Shown here one piece after another: positions 48,179 through 57,560 of a stretch of 64,000 nt of DNA (position 1 is its first letter; every line of letters begins with the position of its first letter). Both the position numbers and the translations under genes were made by a program. The notes beneath the pieces are model-generated. The model ran no database searches. It was not told the DNA's origin and was given only the letters and a program-made list of their open reading frames with translations. Source of the stretch: Armatimonadota bacterium (lineage in GTDB: Bacteria; Armatimonadota; SYMT01); NCBI GenBank assembly GCA_041690135.1, contig JAWLHY010000008.1:160001-224000 (forward strand), in the 5' to 3' direction.

Positions 48179-48319
48179 GGCAGCACCGATCTCCGGGCCA
48201 AACCTACCCTCTGCGTGCGACACCGAATTCGGACGCAAGTTTCAGGTTCCAAGCGCGCTGGATCACTCAGCTCTAACTATCGTAGGTAACGGCTCTCGAC
48301 AAAAGGAGATTTCGCAGGG

Positions 48320-48348
48320 TTTACGATTAGAGTGCTAACCGTTAGAAT
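48320..48348 (+). promoter_or_regulatory. marR promoter with overlapping palindromic operators
   Basis: TTTACG, 17 bp spacer, TAGAAT; palindromes TTAG-N4-CTAA (48327-48338) and CTAAC-c-GTTAG (48335-48345). Confidence 0.65.
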
Positions 48349-48358
48349 ACGAATCGAT

Positions 48359-48829
48359 ATGGACAAACACCTGATCCCCTCGATGATCTGCACGGCGATG
48401 ATGCGGGTCGGCACCCGGATGGCGACAATGTTCGACCAGCACTTTGCGGAACTCGGAATAACCCAGGCACAGTTTCGAACCCTGCTCGCCGTTGCGGAGG
48501 CCGGAAATGACGGCATTGCGCCCTCCGCGTTGGCGGATCAACTGCTGTTGGAGCGCGCGACCGTTACGGTTCTGACTTCGCGCCTGGTGGACCGGGCCTT
48601 CCTCCAGCGCCTGCCGGGTGACAATCGCCGTACCTTTCGATTGGCACTCACCGAGGCCGGCCGGGAGCAGCTTGAACAGGTCATTCCGCGCGCCGTGCAA
48701 CTGGCGGACGCTACCCTCGCCGAGCACACGGACGATCAACTCGCAACCATCTGGAACAGTCTCCAGGCCATCGAGGCACGTGTCCGGGCCTACTCGGAGC
48801 GGACCCCTGACACGACTCGAAGTAAGTGA
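48359..48829 (+). CDS. MarR family transcriptional regulator
   Basis: GITQAQFRTL, PSALADQLLLERATVT..RLVDRAFLQR and NRRTFRLALTEAG. Confidence 0.92.
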   Translation: MDKHLIPSMICTAMMRVGTRMATMFDQHFAELGITQAQFRTLLAVAEAGNDGIAPSALADQLLLERATVTVLTSRLVDRAFLQRLPGDNRRTFRLALTEAGREQLEQVIPRAVQLADATLAEHTDDQLATIWNSLQAIEARVRAYSERTPDTTRSK

Positions 48830-48877
48830 CGACCGGAATCTGGCGACCCGTGTGCAGGGGTCGCTGGGAGAATCCCA

Positions 48878-50260
48878 ATGAACCCCGTTTTTGAAATCAG
48901 CAACTGGTTGGTGGTGCCGTTCTGGCTCTTGATGATCTTCGCACCCCGCTGTACGGTGACCCATAGGCTGATGACAACCGGTATCCCGGTGCTGCTGCCC
49001 GCTATCCTCTATGCGGTCCTGGTCGTACCACGCATCCCCGGTCTCTGGGGGGAACTGTTCAACCCGGCTCTGCCCAACATCGCGACGCTGCTGGGCACCC
49101 CGGAAGGCGCTGCCATCGCCTGGGCACACTTCCTGGCGTTTGACCTCTTTGTCGGGCGCTGGATCTACCAGGACAGCCGCCTGAGGGACTTTTCGCCGTG
49201 GATAATGGGTCCCGTCCTTCTGCTGACGCTGATGTTCGGCCCGCTGGGCTATCTCGTCTATATGGCAATGGTCCGATGGGCGTCCTGGTTCCGAAACTCC
49301 GACCCGGCGCAAGGGAATCCTTCGGGTGCAATTGACGCCCGGCCGCACAACGCGCTGTGGTCGGCAGTGCAACTGCTGCGGAAAGGAACCCCAGCGCTCT
49401 TCTGGGTGGGAGTGGGTGGCCTGATACTGCTGGCCCCGGCAGTTCTGGGAATGTTGCTTGATACCCGGATGGTCACCGGTGCGCCGGTGTGGCTGAAACC
49501 GGCCAAGTTCCTTGCCTCCAGTTCCATCTATGCACTGACCCTCGCGTGGTTGCTCACCTTTGTGGAAGGGAGAGTGCGCCTGGTACGATGGGTGGGAAAC
49601 GGCACGGCAGTGGCACTCGCCGTGGAACTGGTGATCATCCTCGTACAGGCCGGTCGGGGCACCACGAGCCACTTCAACACCACAACCGCGCTGGATGCGG
49701 TTCTGTGGTCGGTGATGGGAGCCTTCATCCTCACCCTCTGGCTGCTTGGATTCGCTGCCGCCATCGGATTGAGCCGGCAGCCTTCGACCGACCCGGTCTT
49801 CGCGACATCGCTGCGGCTGGGGATGGCGGTGACGCTCCTGGGAATGGGAGAGGGAATGCTGATGGCGGTACCCGGCGCCCACAGTGTGGGGATTGCGGAC
49901 GGTGGCCCCGGTTTACCAATCGTGAACTGGAGCACCGTGGGTGGAGACCTCCGCGTGCCGCACTTCGTTGGGCTGCACGCGCTCCAGGTGCTCCCCGCCG
50001 TCGGTTTCTTGCTGTCCAGTCGCCGGCAAAAGCTGTTTGCCCGCGAGCAGTGCCTCGCTCTGGTGCGAATCGCTGCGGGGAGCTACACGGCTCTCTTACT
50101 GTTGCTGACGTGGCAGGCGCTGAGAGGTCAGTCGGTGATCCATCCCGATCTTTTGACGGTAACCGCTTTCGGTTGCCTGGTTCTGGCCACCAGCTTGTTC
50201 GTCTGGATGGTGGTGCATGCGGCAAAGAGGCCAGTTGGCCTTCAGCGCCTCTCCCCGTAG
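48878..50260 (+). CDS. ABA4-like (DUF4281) domain fused to a second polytopic membrane domain
   Basis: N-terminal VVPFWLLMIFAP...AWAHFLAFDLFVGRWIYQD...LTLMFGPLG; C-terminal WLKPAKF, QAGRGTTSHFN, WSTVGGDLRVPHFVGLHALQ and QALRGQ. Confidence 0.88.
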   Translation: MNPVFEISNWLVVPFWLLMIFAPRCTVTHRLMTTGIPVLLPAILYAVLVVPRIPGLWGELFNPALPNIATLLGTPEGAAIAWAHFLAFDLFVGRWIYQDSRLRDFSPWIMGPVLLLTLMFGPLGYLVYMAMVRWASWFRNSDPAQGNPSGAIDARPHNALWSAVQLLRKGTPALFWVGVGGLILLAPAVLGMLLDTRMVTGAPVWLKPAKFLASSSIYALTLAWLLTFVEGRVRLVRWVGNGTAVALAVELVIILVQAGRGTTSHFNTTTALDAVLWSVMGAFILTLWLLGFAAAIGLSRQPSTDPVFATSLRLGMAVTLLGMGEGMLMAVPGAHSVGIADGGPGLPIVNWSTVGGDLRVPHFVGLHALQVLPAVGFLLSSRRQKLFAREQCLALVRIAAGSYTALLLLLTWQALRGQSVIHPDLLTVTAFGCLVLATSLFVWMVVHAAKRPVGLQRLSP

Positions 50261-50272
50261 CCGATCTTTTGG

Positions 50273-51370
50273 TCAAACATGGGCGTGCGCGGCGATTTCC
50301 TGGATCGCCGCCGCGGCCACCTGGGCACCGTCAAGTGGGGGAGGGTTTACCGCCCCCCGGCCCGCCAGTGCACGATCGACGGCCTCCCTCCATTCGCCGT
50401 TCCGGAAGGCGGTCATTTCGATACGCTGGGAGGAGAGCTTCCCCGGCATGTCTCGCTCGAGGATCTCATACTCTGGGAAGCCAAAGCGTGGGGGGTAGAC
50501 CAGTGCCGTCCCGGCGGCGATACAGTCCGATACGATGCCGTACCCCAGTTTGGCAATCATCACATCGCAAAGACTGAGCAACTCCAGGAAACGCGCGCCC
50601 CACTCCGGTCCCAGTACGCGGGCTTGGAGTCCCAGTTCTCCTCCGGGGTTGCCCAAGACGAGGATCATGAAGGCGCCGGAGGCGAGGAGGTCGCTCTTCC
50701 GCAGGGCCTCGAAGTCGAACATCCTGCCGCCCACCAGGACGACGGGCCGGCCGTTCTCCTGGTCGAGTCCCAATTCCTGGCGGACCCGGCTTCCTTCGTG
50801 CGGGGCACGCACCAGGAGGGGGATGTCCCGCTTCCTGGGGAACGCCGGCATCTCCTCATGGAAGGGCAGCCGTAAGAGGAGCGTGGTCTGCTGGTAGTCG
50901 TCTTGGAGGGAATTCAGCACCCAGCGGTACTCCGGGTGTTCTTCCACGAAGGGGGTGTAGATGAAGTCCCAGCCGAAGTTGCTCACCGCGACCACCGGCA
51001 CCCCACAGCGCCGCCCGGTCTCCGCGGCCGGAGCGGGAATATCACAGACGATGACGTCGATCCCGTGCGCGCGGACGTAGGCTGCCTCTTCCTCCAGGAT
51101 GCTTGTGCGGTTCTCGTGCAGTCGTGCGTACTGCTGCAGCGTGATCAGCGGTTCCTGGTGGAACAGATCGCGTTCCACCACGCCGGTGTCAATCTGCGCG
51201 CGCCCGTAGACGAGCTCCCCCGAAACGTCCTGCGCGAGTACGCCATGCGGCACGCAGGTACGCACGTGCAGCCGCAAGCCCGGAACGCCGGCTCGGAGTT
51301 CCTGCATCAACGCTATCTGGCGGGTTGCGTGGCCCAATCCATGTCCCGAGATGTAGAAAAGGAGATCCAT
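50273..51370 (-). CDS. GT-B glycosyltransferase-like protein (similar to the L-arabinokinase N-terminal domain)
   Basis: FYISGHGLGHATR, DTGVV, SNFGWDFIY, KLGYGIVSDC and R.GFPE. Confidence 0.85.
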   Translation of the reverse strand: MDLLFYISGHGLGHATRQIALMQELRAGVPGLRLHVRTCVPHGVLAQDVSGELVYGRAQIDTGVVERDLFHQEPLITLQQYARLHENRTSILEEEAAYVRAHGIDVIVCDIPAPAAETGRRCGVPVVAVSNFGWDFIYTPFVEEHPEYRWVLNSLQDDYQQTTLLLRLPFHEEMPAFPRKRDIPLLVRAPHEGSRVRQELGLDQENGRPVVLVGGRMFDFEALRKSDLLASGAFMILVLGNPGGELGLQARVLGPEWGARFLELLSLCDVMIAKLGYGIVSDCIAAGTALVYPPRFGFPEYEILERDMPGKLSSQRIEMTAFRNGEWREAVDRALAGRGAVNPPPLDGAQVAAAAIQEIAAHAHV

Positions 51371-51386
51371 TTCCAATGAGTATTCA

Positions 51387-51686
51387 TTAGGGCGAAGTGT
51401 AATTGTGCACTTCCACCGCCCAGTCTTCTGCCCACCGCATCAGCAGGTGACGCAGTTTCTTACCCGTCCAGCGGATCACCCATCCCGGAATGGCAATGAC
51501 GGAGGCAACGGCGATGGAGACGATGAGCCCCAAACCGGCCGCCTCGAATGGGCGCGTGTCGTGCCAAAGGTGGTACGCGGCACTTGCTACCCACAGTGAG
51601 GGAAGAAGCCATCGAAGCAGTGGCTCGGTAAGAAAGTAGCCGGACCATTCCACCAGGAACAGCGCATAGGCCGCCTTTTGTGCCAT
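51387..51686 (-). CDS. Possible small membrane protein (start uncertain)
   Basis: Hydrophobic C-terminal half of the 51387..51896 ORF; ends 16 bp before the glycosyltransferase ATG. Confidence 0.4.
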   Translation of the reverse strand: MAQKAAYALFLVEWSGYFLTEPLLRWLLPSLWVASAAYHLWHDTRPFEAAGLGLIVSIAVASVIAIPGWVIRWTGKKLRHLLMRWAEDWAVEVHNYTSP

Positions 51687-51956
51687 CCGGCTACGGCGAG
51701 CCCGCCAAACCTTATCGCGATACCGGGCACGCTCCAGAATGCTCGCCTTCCCGCTCGGAGACGCGGTGGTGCATTGCGCTTCCTCTGCAGTTTGCGGCTT
51801 GTGTTGGAGAGGCGAATTACCCACGAGAGTTTCTCCGAACTGACTTTTTTGGTGCCACGCTAACGCTTGACGCGGGCATCTTGTATTCTGAGTCAACGGT
51901 CACGATCTCGTCCGCGGTACTCGCAGGCAGTATGCGGTCCGTCCAGGAGGGTTCGA

Positions 51957-52757
51957 ATGAAACGATGGCATCTCCAGGTGGGGTTTGGCCTGGCTATGAT
52001 CGGATCGACCGTCGCGGTTGCGGCTCACGCCAGCCCTGATCCGCAGCCTCGCATCCTATCCCTTCCCTGGTTGATTATCGACCGGAACAGTGGCCGGGAT
52101 GCAGAAGCGCTGCGCAAGGAACAGCCGGACGCCGCGGCCGAGGCCGGAAGGCTTTCCATCAGCGCGCAGGCTGCCCTGGATGCGGTGATGGATCGGCATA
52201 AGCGCAGCCGGATGGTTCCTCGCGGCGAATGGGAGCCGCTCTGGACAAAGATGGGTTCCGAGAAAGTCGTGCGCAGCCGACCGGCGTGTACCGCCTGCGG
52301 AAGCGCGGAAGAGTTGGTCGCTTACGAGAGTGAGGCTCTCAAGCGCATGGCTACCTCCGTGCAGGCCGATTACGTGCTGCTGGGGGTTGCCATCGTGCCA
52401 CTCGTGTTCGAGACTCCGGCGAAGGGGGCGGAACATAAATGTCCGTCATCCACGTCGGCGACTCGCGAGCCCTACGTCATTCGCGGCCTGCTGCGGATGG
52501 TGCGAGTTGAGGACGGCAAGACCATGTGGCAAGGTGAAACCCGGTGGCCGCACTCCCGGCGCTCACCGCACAGCACCGCCATCAAGGTTGGTCCGCGTTT
52601 TGGAGGGGGTCTGGGCAGGCGACCGAAAGCTCCCGCGGTGCCTCCGGCGGCCTTCGAGGCTCGTGAGAAGATGGTGGATGCCGCTGTCCACGCGCTTGGT
52701 CATGCACTGCGTAAGGAATTCCCGGGGATGGCTACGGAACGGACGGAAGCAGAGTAG
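51957..52757 (+). CDS. Hypothetical secreted protein
   Basis: AGGAGG RBS; signal peptide MKRWHLQVGFGLAMIGSTVAVAAHA; ADYVLLG...LRMVRVEDGKTMWQG suggests a CsgG/TolB-N-like fold. Confidence 0.7.
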   Translation: MKRWHLQVGFGLAMIGSTVAVAAHASPDPQPRILSLPWLIIDRNSGRDAEALRKEQPDAAAEAGRLSISAQAALDAVMDRHKRSRMVPRGEWEPLWTKMGSEKVVRSRPACTACGSAEELVAYESEALKRMATSVQADYVLLGVAIVPLVFETPAKGAEHKCPSSTSATREPYVIRGLLRMVRVEDGKTMWQGETRWPHSRRSPHSTAIKVGPRFGGGLGRRPKAPAVPPAAFEAREKMVDAAVHALGHALRKEFPGMATERTEAE

Positions 52758-52940
52758 GAGAAGACGCGCACGCCTGCTTTGTCCCAGGGGATCCCCGTGC
52801 GAGTGAGAGCAACGGGGCGCAACACTCCGGATACCTGGGCCGGGACGATATCCGACTGCGACATCCTGGCCTCTCTGGTGTCTCACTCGCTAACCAGATT
52901 TTAGGGCGCGACCCTCGAAGGCGGCGAAAGGATCCGGAGC

Positions 52941-55394
52941 GTGGTGAATAGAGGCGTGCAGAGACGGTTGAGTAGAACGGTGGTTCCCCTGGTAGGCCTG
53001 ATCTTCACGGGAGGGCTGCTTCAAACCGCCACCGCCACCACATCCGTCAAAGCCGGCGCGGAAGCCGTTCCCGAGAGCCGCCTTTCCGAAGAGGATCGGA
53101 CCTTTTTTGAGTCCCGGGTCCGGCCACTGCTGGCAAAACACTGCTACGCCTGCCACTCCGGCAAGACCAAGATTCTCCAGGGAGGCCTGCGCCTCGACAG
53201 CCGCGCCGCCCTGTTGAAGGGGGGCGATACAGGTCCCGCCATAGTGCCGGGGGAGCCGGATAAAAGCCCCCTCATCGAGGCTGTCCGCTTCACACGGCCG
53301 GGGTTCCAGATGCCGCCGGCGGGAAAGATGCGGGAGGCGGAGATCGCCACGCTCGTGGAATGGGTGCGGCGGGGTGCTCCCTGGCCCGGAGATCCGGCCG
53401 AGACGAAAGGGACCGCGCCGCGCCCCAGCGGCATGACCCTGGAAAAGGGAAAGCAGTTCTGGTCGCTGCGGCCCCTGCGGAAGAGTGAAACGCCCCCCGT
53501 CAAACTGAAGGGCTGGGGTTCGCGACGGATCGACACCTATCTGCTCGCGCGCCTGGAGAAGGACGGGCTCCGACCCTCACCCCCCGCCGATCGCCGCACG
53601 CTGATCCGCCGCGCGTCTTTCGACCTGACTGGCCTGCCCCCGACCCCTGAAGAGGTGGAGGCGTTCGTCGCCGACCGCCGGCCCGATGCCTACGCCGCCC
53701 TCGTCGATCGGCTGCTGGCGAGCCCCCATTACGGGGAGCGCTGGGGCCGCCACTGGCTCGACCTGGTGCGGTACTGCGACGTACCGGAGTCCTGGGCGCA
53801 GACCGAAGCCCAGCCCTGGCTCTACCGGGATTGGGTGGTGGACGCCCTGAACCAGGATCTCCCCTACGACCAATTCGTGAAGCGCCAGTTCGCGGCGGAC
53901 CTGATGCGGGGAACCACTCCGAAGGATATCGCGGCACTGGGTTACCTCGGTTTGAGCCCTTCCTACTGGAAAGAGCTCAAACTGGCGCCTGATGTCATCA
54001 AGACGGTCGTGGCGGAGGAGTGGGAAGAGCGAGTCCACACGATCACCGGTTCCCTGCTGGGCCTCACCGTCGCTTGCGCCCGGTGTCACGACCACAAGTT
54101 TGACCCGGTCTCGCAGAAGGACTATTACGGGCTGGCGGGAGTGCTTGCCAACACCCGGCTGGTATCGCGACCGCTGCTGCCGCCCGACCAGGCGGAAGCC
54201 GTGATGAAGTCGCGAAAGGAAGTCGCCGCTCTTGAGGCCCAGGCCAAGCAACTCCAGCAGATGGCGGGCAAAGAAAAGTCTAAAGCCACGGAGCTGAAAG
54301 CGAAGGCCGCCACGCTCCAGGAACGTGTGGCGGAAATCAAGCGCACCACACCGGGTTTTGACGCACCCACGGCCTATGCAGTCGATGACGCAGCCTTGCA
54401 GGTGCTTCCGGACGGCCCCGACCGCACGAAACTGGTCTATCAGGAAGGCTCTGCCTGGGATGTACCGCTTCAGTTGCGGGGAGACCCGGCCAAAGCGGGG
54501 GCCGTCGTTCCCCGGCAGTTTCTGGCCGTCCTCTCTCCCGGAGTGCCGCCGCGGTTCACCCAGGGGAGCGGCCGACTGGATTTTGCCGAAGCTGTATTTC
54601 GAGAAGGGGCACCGCTTGCCGCACGGGTGATGGTCAACCGCGTCTGGCGCCACCACTTCGGGAAAGGGCTGGTGGAAACGCCCAGTAATTTCGGAGTGCA
54701 GGGCGATCGACCGTCCCACCCCGAACTGCTGGACGACCTCGCCGCGCGTTTCATCCGGGCCGGCTGGTCTCTCAAGTGGCTCCACCGCGAGATCCTGCTC
54801 TCGTCCGCGTACCGGCAGGTGTCAGCCCCGCCGCTCGACGCGCGCGTCACCCGGGCACAATCCCTCGACCCCGAGAACCGGCTGCTCTGGCGGATGAACC
54901 GCCTGCGCCTGGAAGTGGAAGCGTGGCGCGATGGCATTCTTCGTGCGTCGGGCAATCTGGATCTGAAGCTGGGCGGCGCCCCACAGGAGCTGAGCGCTCC
55001 GCAGAACGTGCGGCGGACGCTCTATGGCGTGGTCAAGCGGCGGGAGTTGGATGACCTGCTGCGACTGTATGACTTTCCGGACCCTACCACGCACAGCCCG
55101 GCGCGGTTCCCGACGACCACGCCGCTCCAACAGCTCTACGTGTTGAACGGCGCCTTTATCGGGAGACAGGCAGAGGCGCTTCTGGCGCGGCTGCGGAAAG
55201 AGGTGCCGGAAGATCGCGATGGGCAGGTCCGGCGTGCACATCATTTGCTTTACGGCCGCCCACCCAGCGAGGTCGAGCTAAAGGCCGCGCGGAACTTCCT
55301 GGCTGGCGATGCGGTGACCCCGCCCAATGACGAGACCTGGCGGCAGTATCTGGAAGTGCTGTTGGCCCGGAATGAGATGATGTTCCTGAACTAA
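52941..55394 (+). CDS. Planctomycete cytochrome c plus DUF1549/DUF1553 (PSCyt1-PSCyt2-PSD1) protein
   Basis: FFESRVRPLL..CYACH, LIRRASFDLTGLPP, YGERWGRHWLD, CARCHDHKFDP, ARVMVNRVW and PSHPELLD. Confidence 0.94.
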   Translation: MVNRGVQRRLSRTVVPLVGLIFTGGLLQTATATTSVKAGAEAVPESRLSEEDRTFFESRVRPLLAKHCYACHSGKTKILQGGLRLDSRAALLKGGDTGPAIVPGEPDKSPLIEAVRFTRPGFQMPPAGKMREAEIATLVEWVRRGAPWPGDPAETKGTAPRPSGMTLEKGKQFWSLRPLRKSETPPVKLKGWGSRRIDTYLLARLEKDGLRPSPPADRRTLIRRASFDLTGLPPTPEEVEAFVADRRPDAYAALVDRLLASPHYGERWGRHWLDLVRYCDVPESWAQTEAQPWLYRDWVVDALNQDLPYDQFVKRQFAADLMRGTTPKDIAALGYLGLSPSYWKELKLAPDVIKTVVAEEWEERVHTITGSLLGLTVACARCHDHKFDPVSQKDYYGLAGVLANTRLVSRPLLPPDQAEAVMKSRKEVAALEAQAKQLQQMAGKEKSKATELKAKAATLQERVAEIKRTTPGFDAPTAYAVDDAALQVLPDGPDRTKLVYQEGSAWDVPLQLRGDPAKAGAVVPRQFLAVLSPGVPPRFTQGSGRLDFAEAVFREGAPLAARVMVNRVWRHHFGKGLVETPSNFGVQGDRPSHPELLDDLAARFIRAGWSLKWLHREILLSSAYRQVSAPPLDARVTRAQSLDPENRLLWRMNRLRLEVEAWRDGILRASGNLDLKLGGAPQELSAPQNVRRTLYGVVKRRELDDLLRLYDFPDPTTHSPARFPTTTPLQQLYVLNGAFIGRQAEALLARLRKEVPEDRDGQVRRAHHLLYGRPPSEVELKAARNFLAGDAVTPPNDETWRQYLEVLLARNEMMFLN

Positions 55395-55405
55395 CCGACT
55401 CTGGA

Positions 55406-56029
55406 TCAGGCCAACTCTTCTCGCGGAACTTGTCGGCGCAGCGGCTTTTCGGGGAGGTCGATTTCCCGGTAGACAGCGGGTAGATCCAGGGTGCAGGAAA
55501 TCGAAGAAAGGGCGAGACTGCCCTCCGGATCCATGCACCGGGTATAGGTCCACTCGGTGTCGCCTTCCTGGCGGGTGAAGCGTTCGATGCACTTCTGGTG
55601 GGAACTCACGAGAACGTACTCGCGGAGTGATGAGATCAGGGAATAGTGGGCGAATTTATCCCCACGGTCGTAGGCCTCCGTGCTCTCGGAGAGCACTTCG
55701 ATGATCACGATCGGGTTGAGGAGATTCTGGCGGGACTGTGGATCATACCGGGCCGGGCCGCAAACAATCGAAATGTCGGGGTAAGTACGCAAACCGGTGG
55801 CTTCGATCAACACCCGTTGATCGCTGTTGTAGGGTCGGCACGGACGTTCGCGAAGCTGGATGTACAGCTCGCAAAGGGCGTTGACCGCGATCAGACTGTG
55901 CTCCGGCGTGCCGACAGCCATACCGTATACCGTGCCGTTGAAGTACTCGCTTTTCGAGGGCGCAGTTGCTTCGCGCGCGAGGTACTCCTCGACGGGGATA
56001 TAGGGTTGGGCTTCCAGGCACATGGTCAT
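55406..56029 (-). CDS. Uma2 family endonuclease
   Basis: EYFNGTVYGMA, YPDISIVC, IEVLSESTEAYDRGDKF and SLREYVLVS. Confidence 0.92.
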   Translation of the reverse strand: MTMCLEAQPYIPVEEYLAREATAPSKSEYFNGTVYGMAVGTPEHSLIAVNALCELYIQLRERPCRPYNSDQRVLIEATGLRTYPDISIVCGPARYDPQSRQNLLNPIVIIEVLSESTEAYDRGDKFAHYSLISSLREYVLVSSHQKCIERFTRQEGDTEWTYTRCMDPEGSLALSSISCTLDLPAVYREIDLPEKPLRRQVPREELA

Positions 56030-56102
56030 ATTCCGGGCGGTCGGCTAACGTAAGGTTAAATGGGTTTCCTCGGGAAGTCCACCGGAAGGGGAGGGTTGAG
56101 GC

Positions 56103-57557
56103 GTGAAGGATAGGGATGCCGAAAAATTGGCGGAAACGTGCGGGCCGAGAGCGATTGGCACCCGTCGCGAGTTGCTGCGCACGCTCGGTGGCGGCCTCGG
56201 GAGCGTGGGTCTCGCCACCGTCCTGGGCGGCCGGGAGAGCTTAGCCGCACCCTCCACTCTCCGCTCCTCACCCTCCACCCCCCAGGCTTCCCGCTCCACC
56301 CGGAAGCCCCACGCATTGCCCCGGGTGAAGCGCATCATCCACCTTTTCATGAACGGCGGGCCGTTCCAGGGCGACTTCTTCGATCCTAAGCCCGCGATCA
56401 ACAAGTACGCGGGACAGCGCCCGGCGGAGGTCCAACTCCGCACGGAAAATGCGACCGGCGGCCTGATGCCGGTGCCCTTCGGCTATCAGCCCCACGGCAA
56501 GAGTGGCCTGGAGATCAGCGATCTGCTGCCGCGGTTCGCCGAGTTCGCGGACGACATCTGCGTCCTGCGAGGCTGCTATACGGACAATCCCAACCACGGG
56601 CCCGCGTTGTTTATGATGAACAACGGGAGCATCACGCCCACCCGGCCCAGCATGGGTTCCTGGATGCTCTACGGCCTGGGCACGGAGAACCAGAACCTTC
56701 CGGGCTATGTAGTGCTCTGCCCAGGTCGCCCCGTGCGCTTCTCGGAGCTCTGGACGAACTCCTTCCTGCCGGGGGAATTCCAGGGAACGTACATCAACCA
56801 CTCCAACCTGAGCCCGCAGCAGATGATCCCGTTCCTGCGCCACCGTAGCCGGAGTCCGGAAGCACAGAAGCGCCAGTTGGAGCTGCTGCGTCAACTGGAG
56901 CAGGAGCACGCGGAAAGCGTGGGAAGAGATGCCGCCCTGGAAGCGCGGGTCAAGGCGATGGAGACGGCGTTCCGCATGCAGTTCGCCGCGACCGACGCCT
57001 TCGATCTCTCGCGGGAGCCCCAAGCGATCCGGGAGGAGTACGGGACCACCCATTTCTCTAATGGCTGCCTGATCGCGCGGCGGCTCGCGGAACGCGGGGT
57101 GAGACTGGTGCAGGTCTACTACGGGAATGGCCAGCCCTGGGACACGCACTCGAACCACGACGCGCAGACCCGCAAGCTGGCGCAGGACATCGATCGCCCC
57201 ATGGCGGCGCTGCTCCGCGACCTGAAGCGCCGGGGCCTACTTGAAGACACGCTCGTAATCTGGGGAGGAGAGTTTGGCCGCACTCCCACCACGGAAGGCG
57301 GCAACGGCCGCGACCACAACCATTACGGATTCAACATGTGGTTGGCCGGTGGCGGAGTACGCGGCGGCTTCGCCCACGGTGCTACGGACGACTTTGGTTT
57401 CCGGGCCGTCCAGGGGCGCGTGCACATCCACGACCTGCACGCTACCGTCTTGCACATGCTCGGCCTGGATCACGAACGGCTGACGTATCGCTACGCCGGA
57501 CGGGACTTCCGCCTTACCGACGTGGAAGGGCACGTGGTGAAGGAGATCCTGGCGTAA
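56103..57557 (+). CDS. DUF1501 family protein (DUF1553 partner subtype)
   Basis: TRRELL leader; HLFMNGGP, RPSMGSWMLYGLGTEN, ARRLAERGVR, WGGEFGRTP and RDFRLTDV. Confidence 0.93.
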   Translation: MKDRDAEKLAETCGPRAIGTRRELLRTLGGGLGSVGLATVLGGRESLAAPSTLRSSPSTPQASRSTRKPHALPRVKRIIHLFMNGGPFQGDFFDPKPAINKYAGQRPAEVQLRTENATGGLMPVPFGYQPHGKSGLEISDLLPRFAEFADDICVLRGCYTDNPNHGPALFMMNNGSITPTRPSMGSWMLYGLGTENQNLPGYVVLCPGRPVRFSELWTNSFLPGEFQGTYINHSNLSPQQMIPFLRHRSRSPEAQKRQLELLRQLEQEHAESVGRDAALEARVKAMETAFRMQFAATDAFDLSREPQAIREEYGTTHFSNGCLIARRLAERGVRLVQVYYGNGQPWDTHSNHDAQTRKLAQDIDRPMAALLRDLKRRGLLEDTLVIWGGEFGRTPTTEGGNGRDHNHYGFNMWLAGGGVRGGFAHGATDDFGFRAVQGRVHIHDLHATVLHMLGLDHERLTYRYAGRDFRLTDVEGHVVKEILA

Positions 57558-57560
57558 CGC

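Noticed and set aside
55390-56050. Terminal inverted repeats around the second Uma2 gene (CTAACCGAC vs GTCGGCTAA)
   Set aside because: Only a short imperfect match with no target-site duplication; expected by chance.
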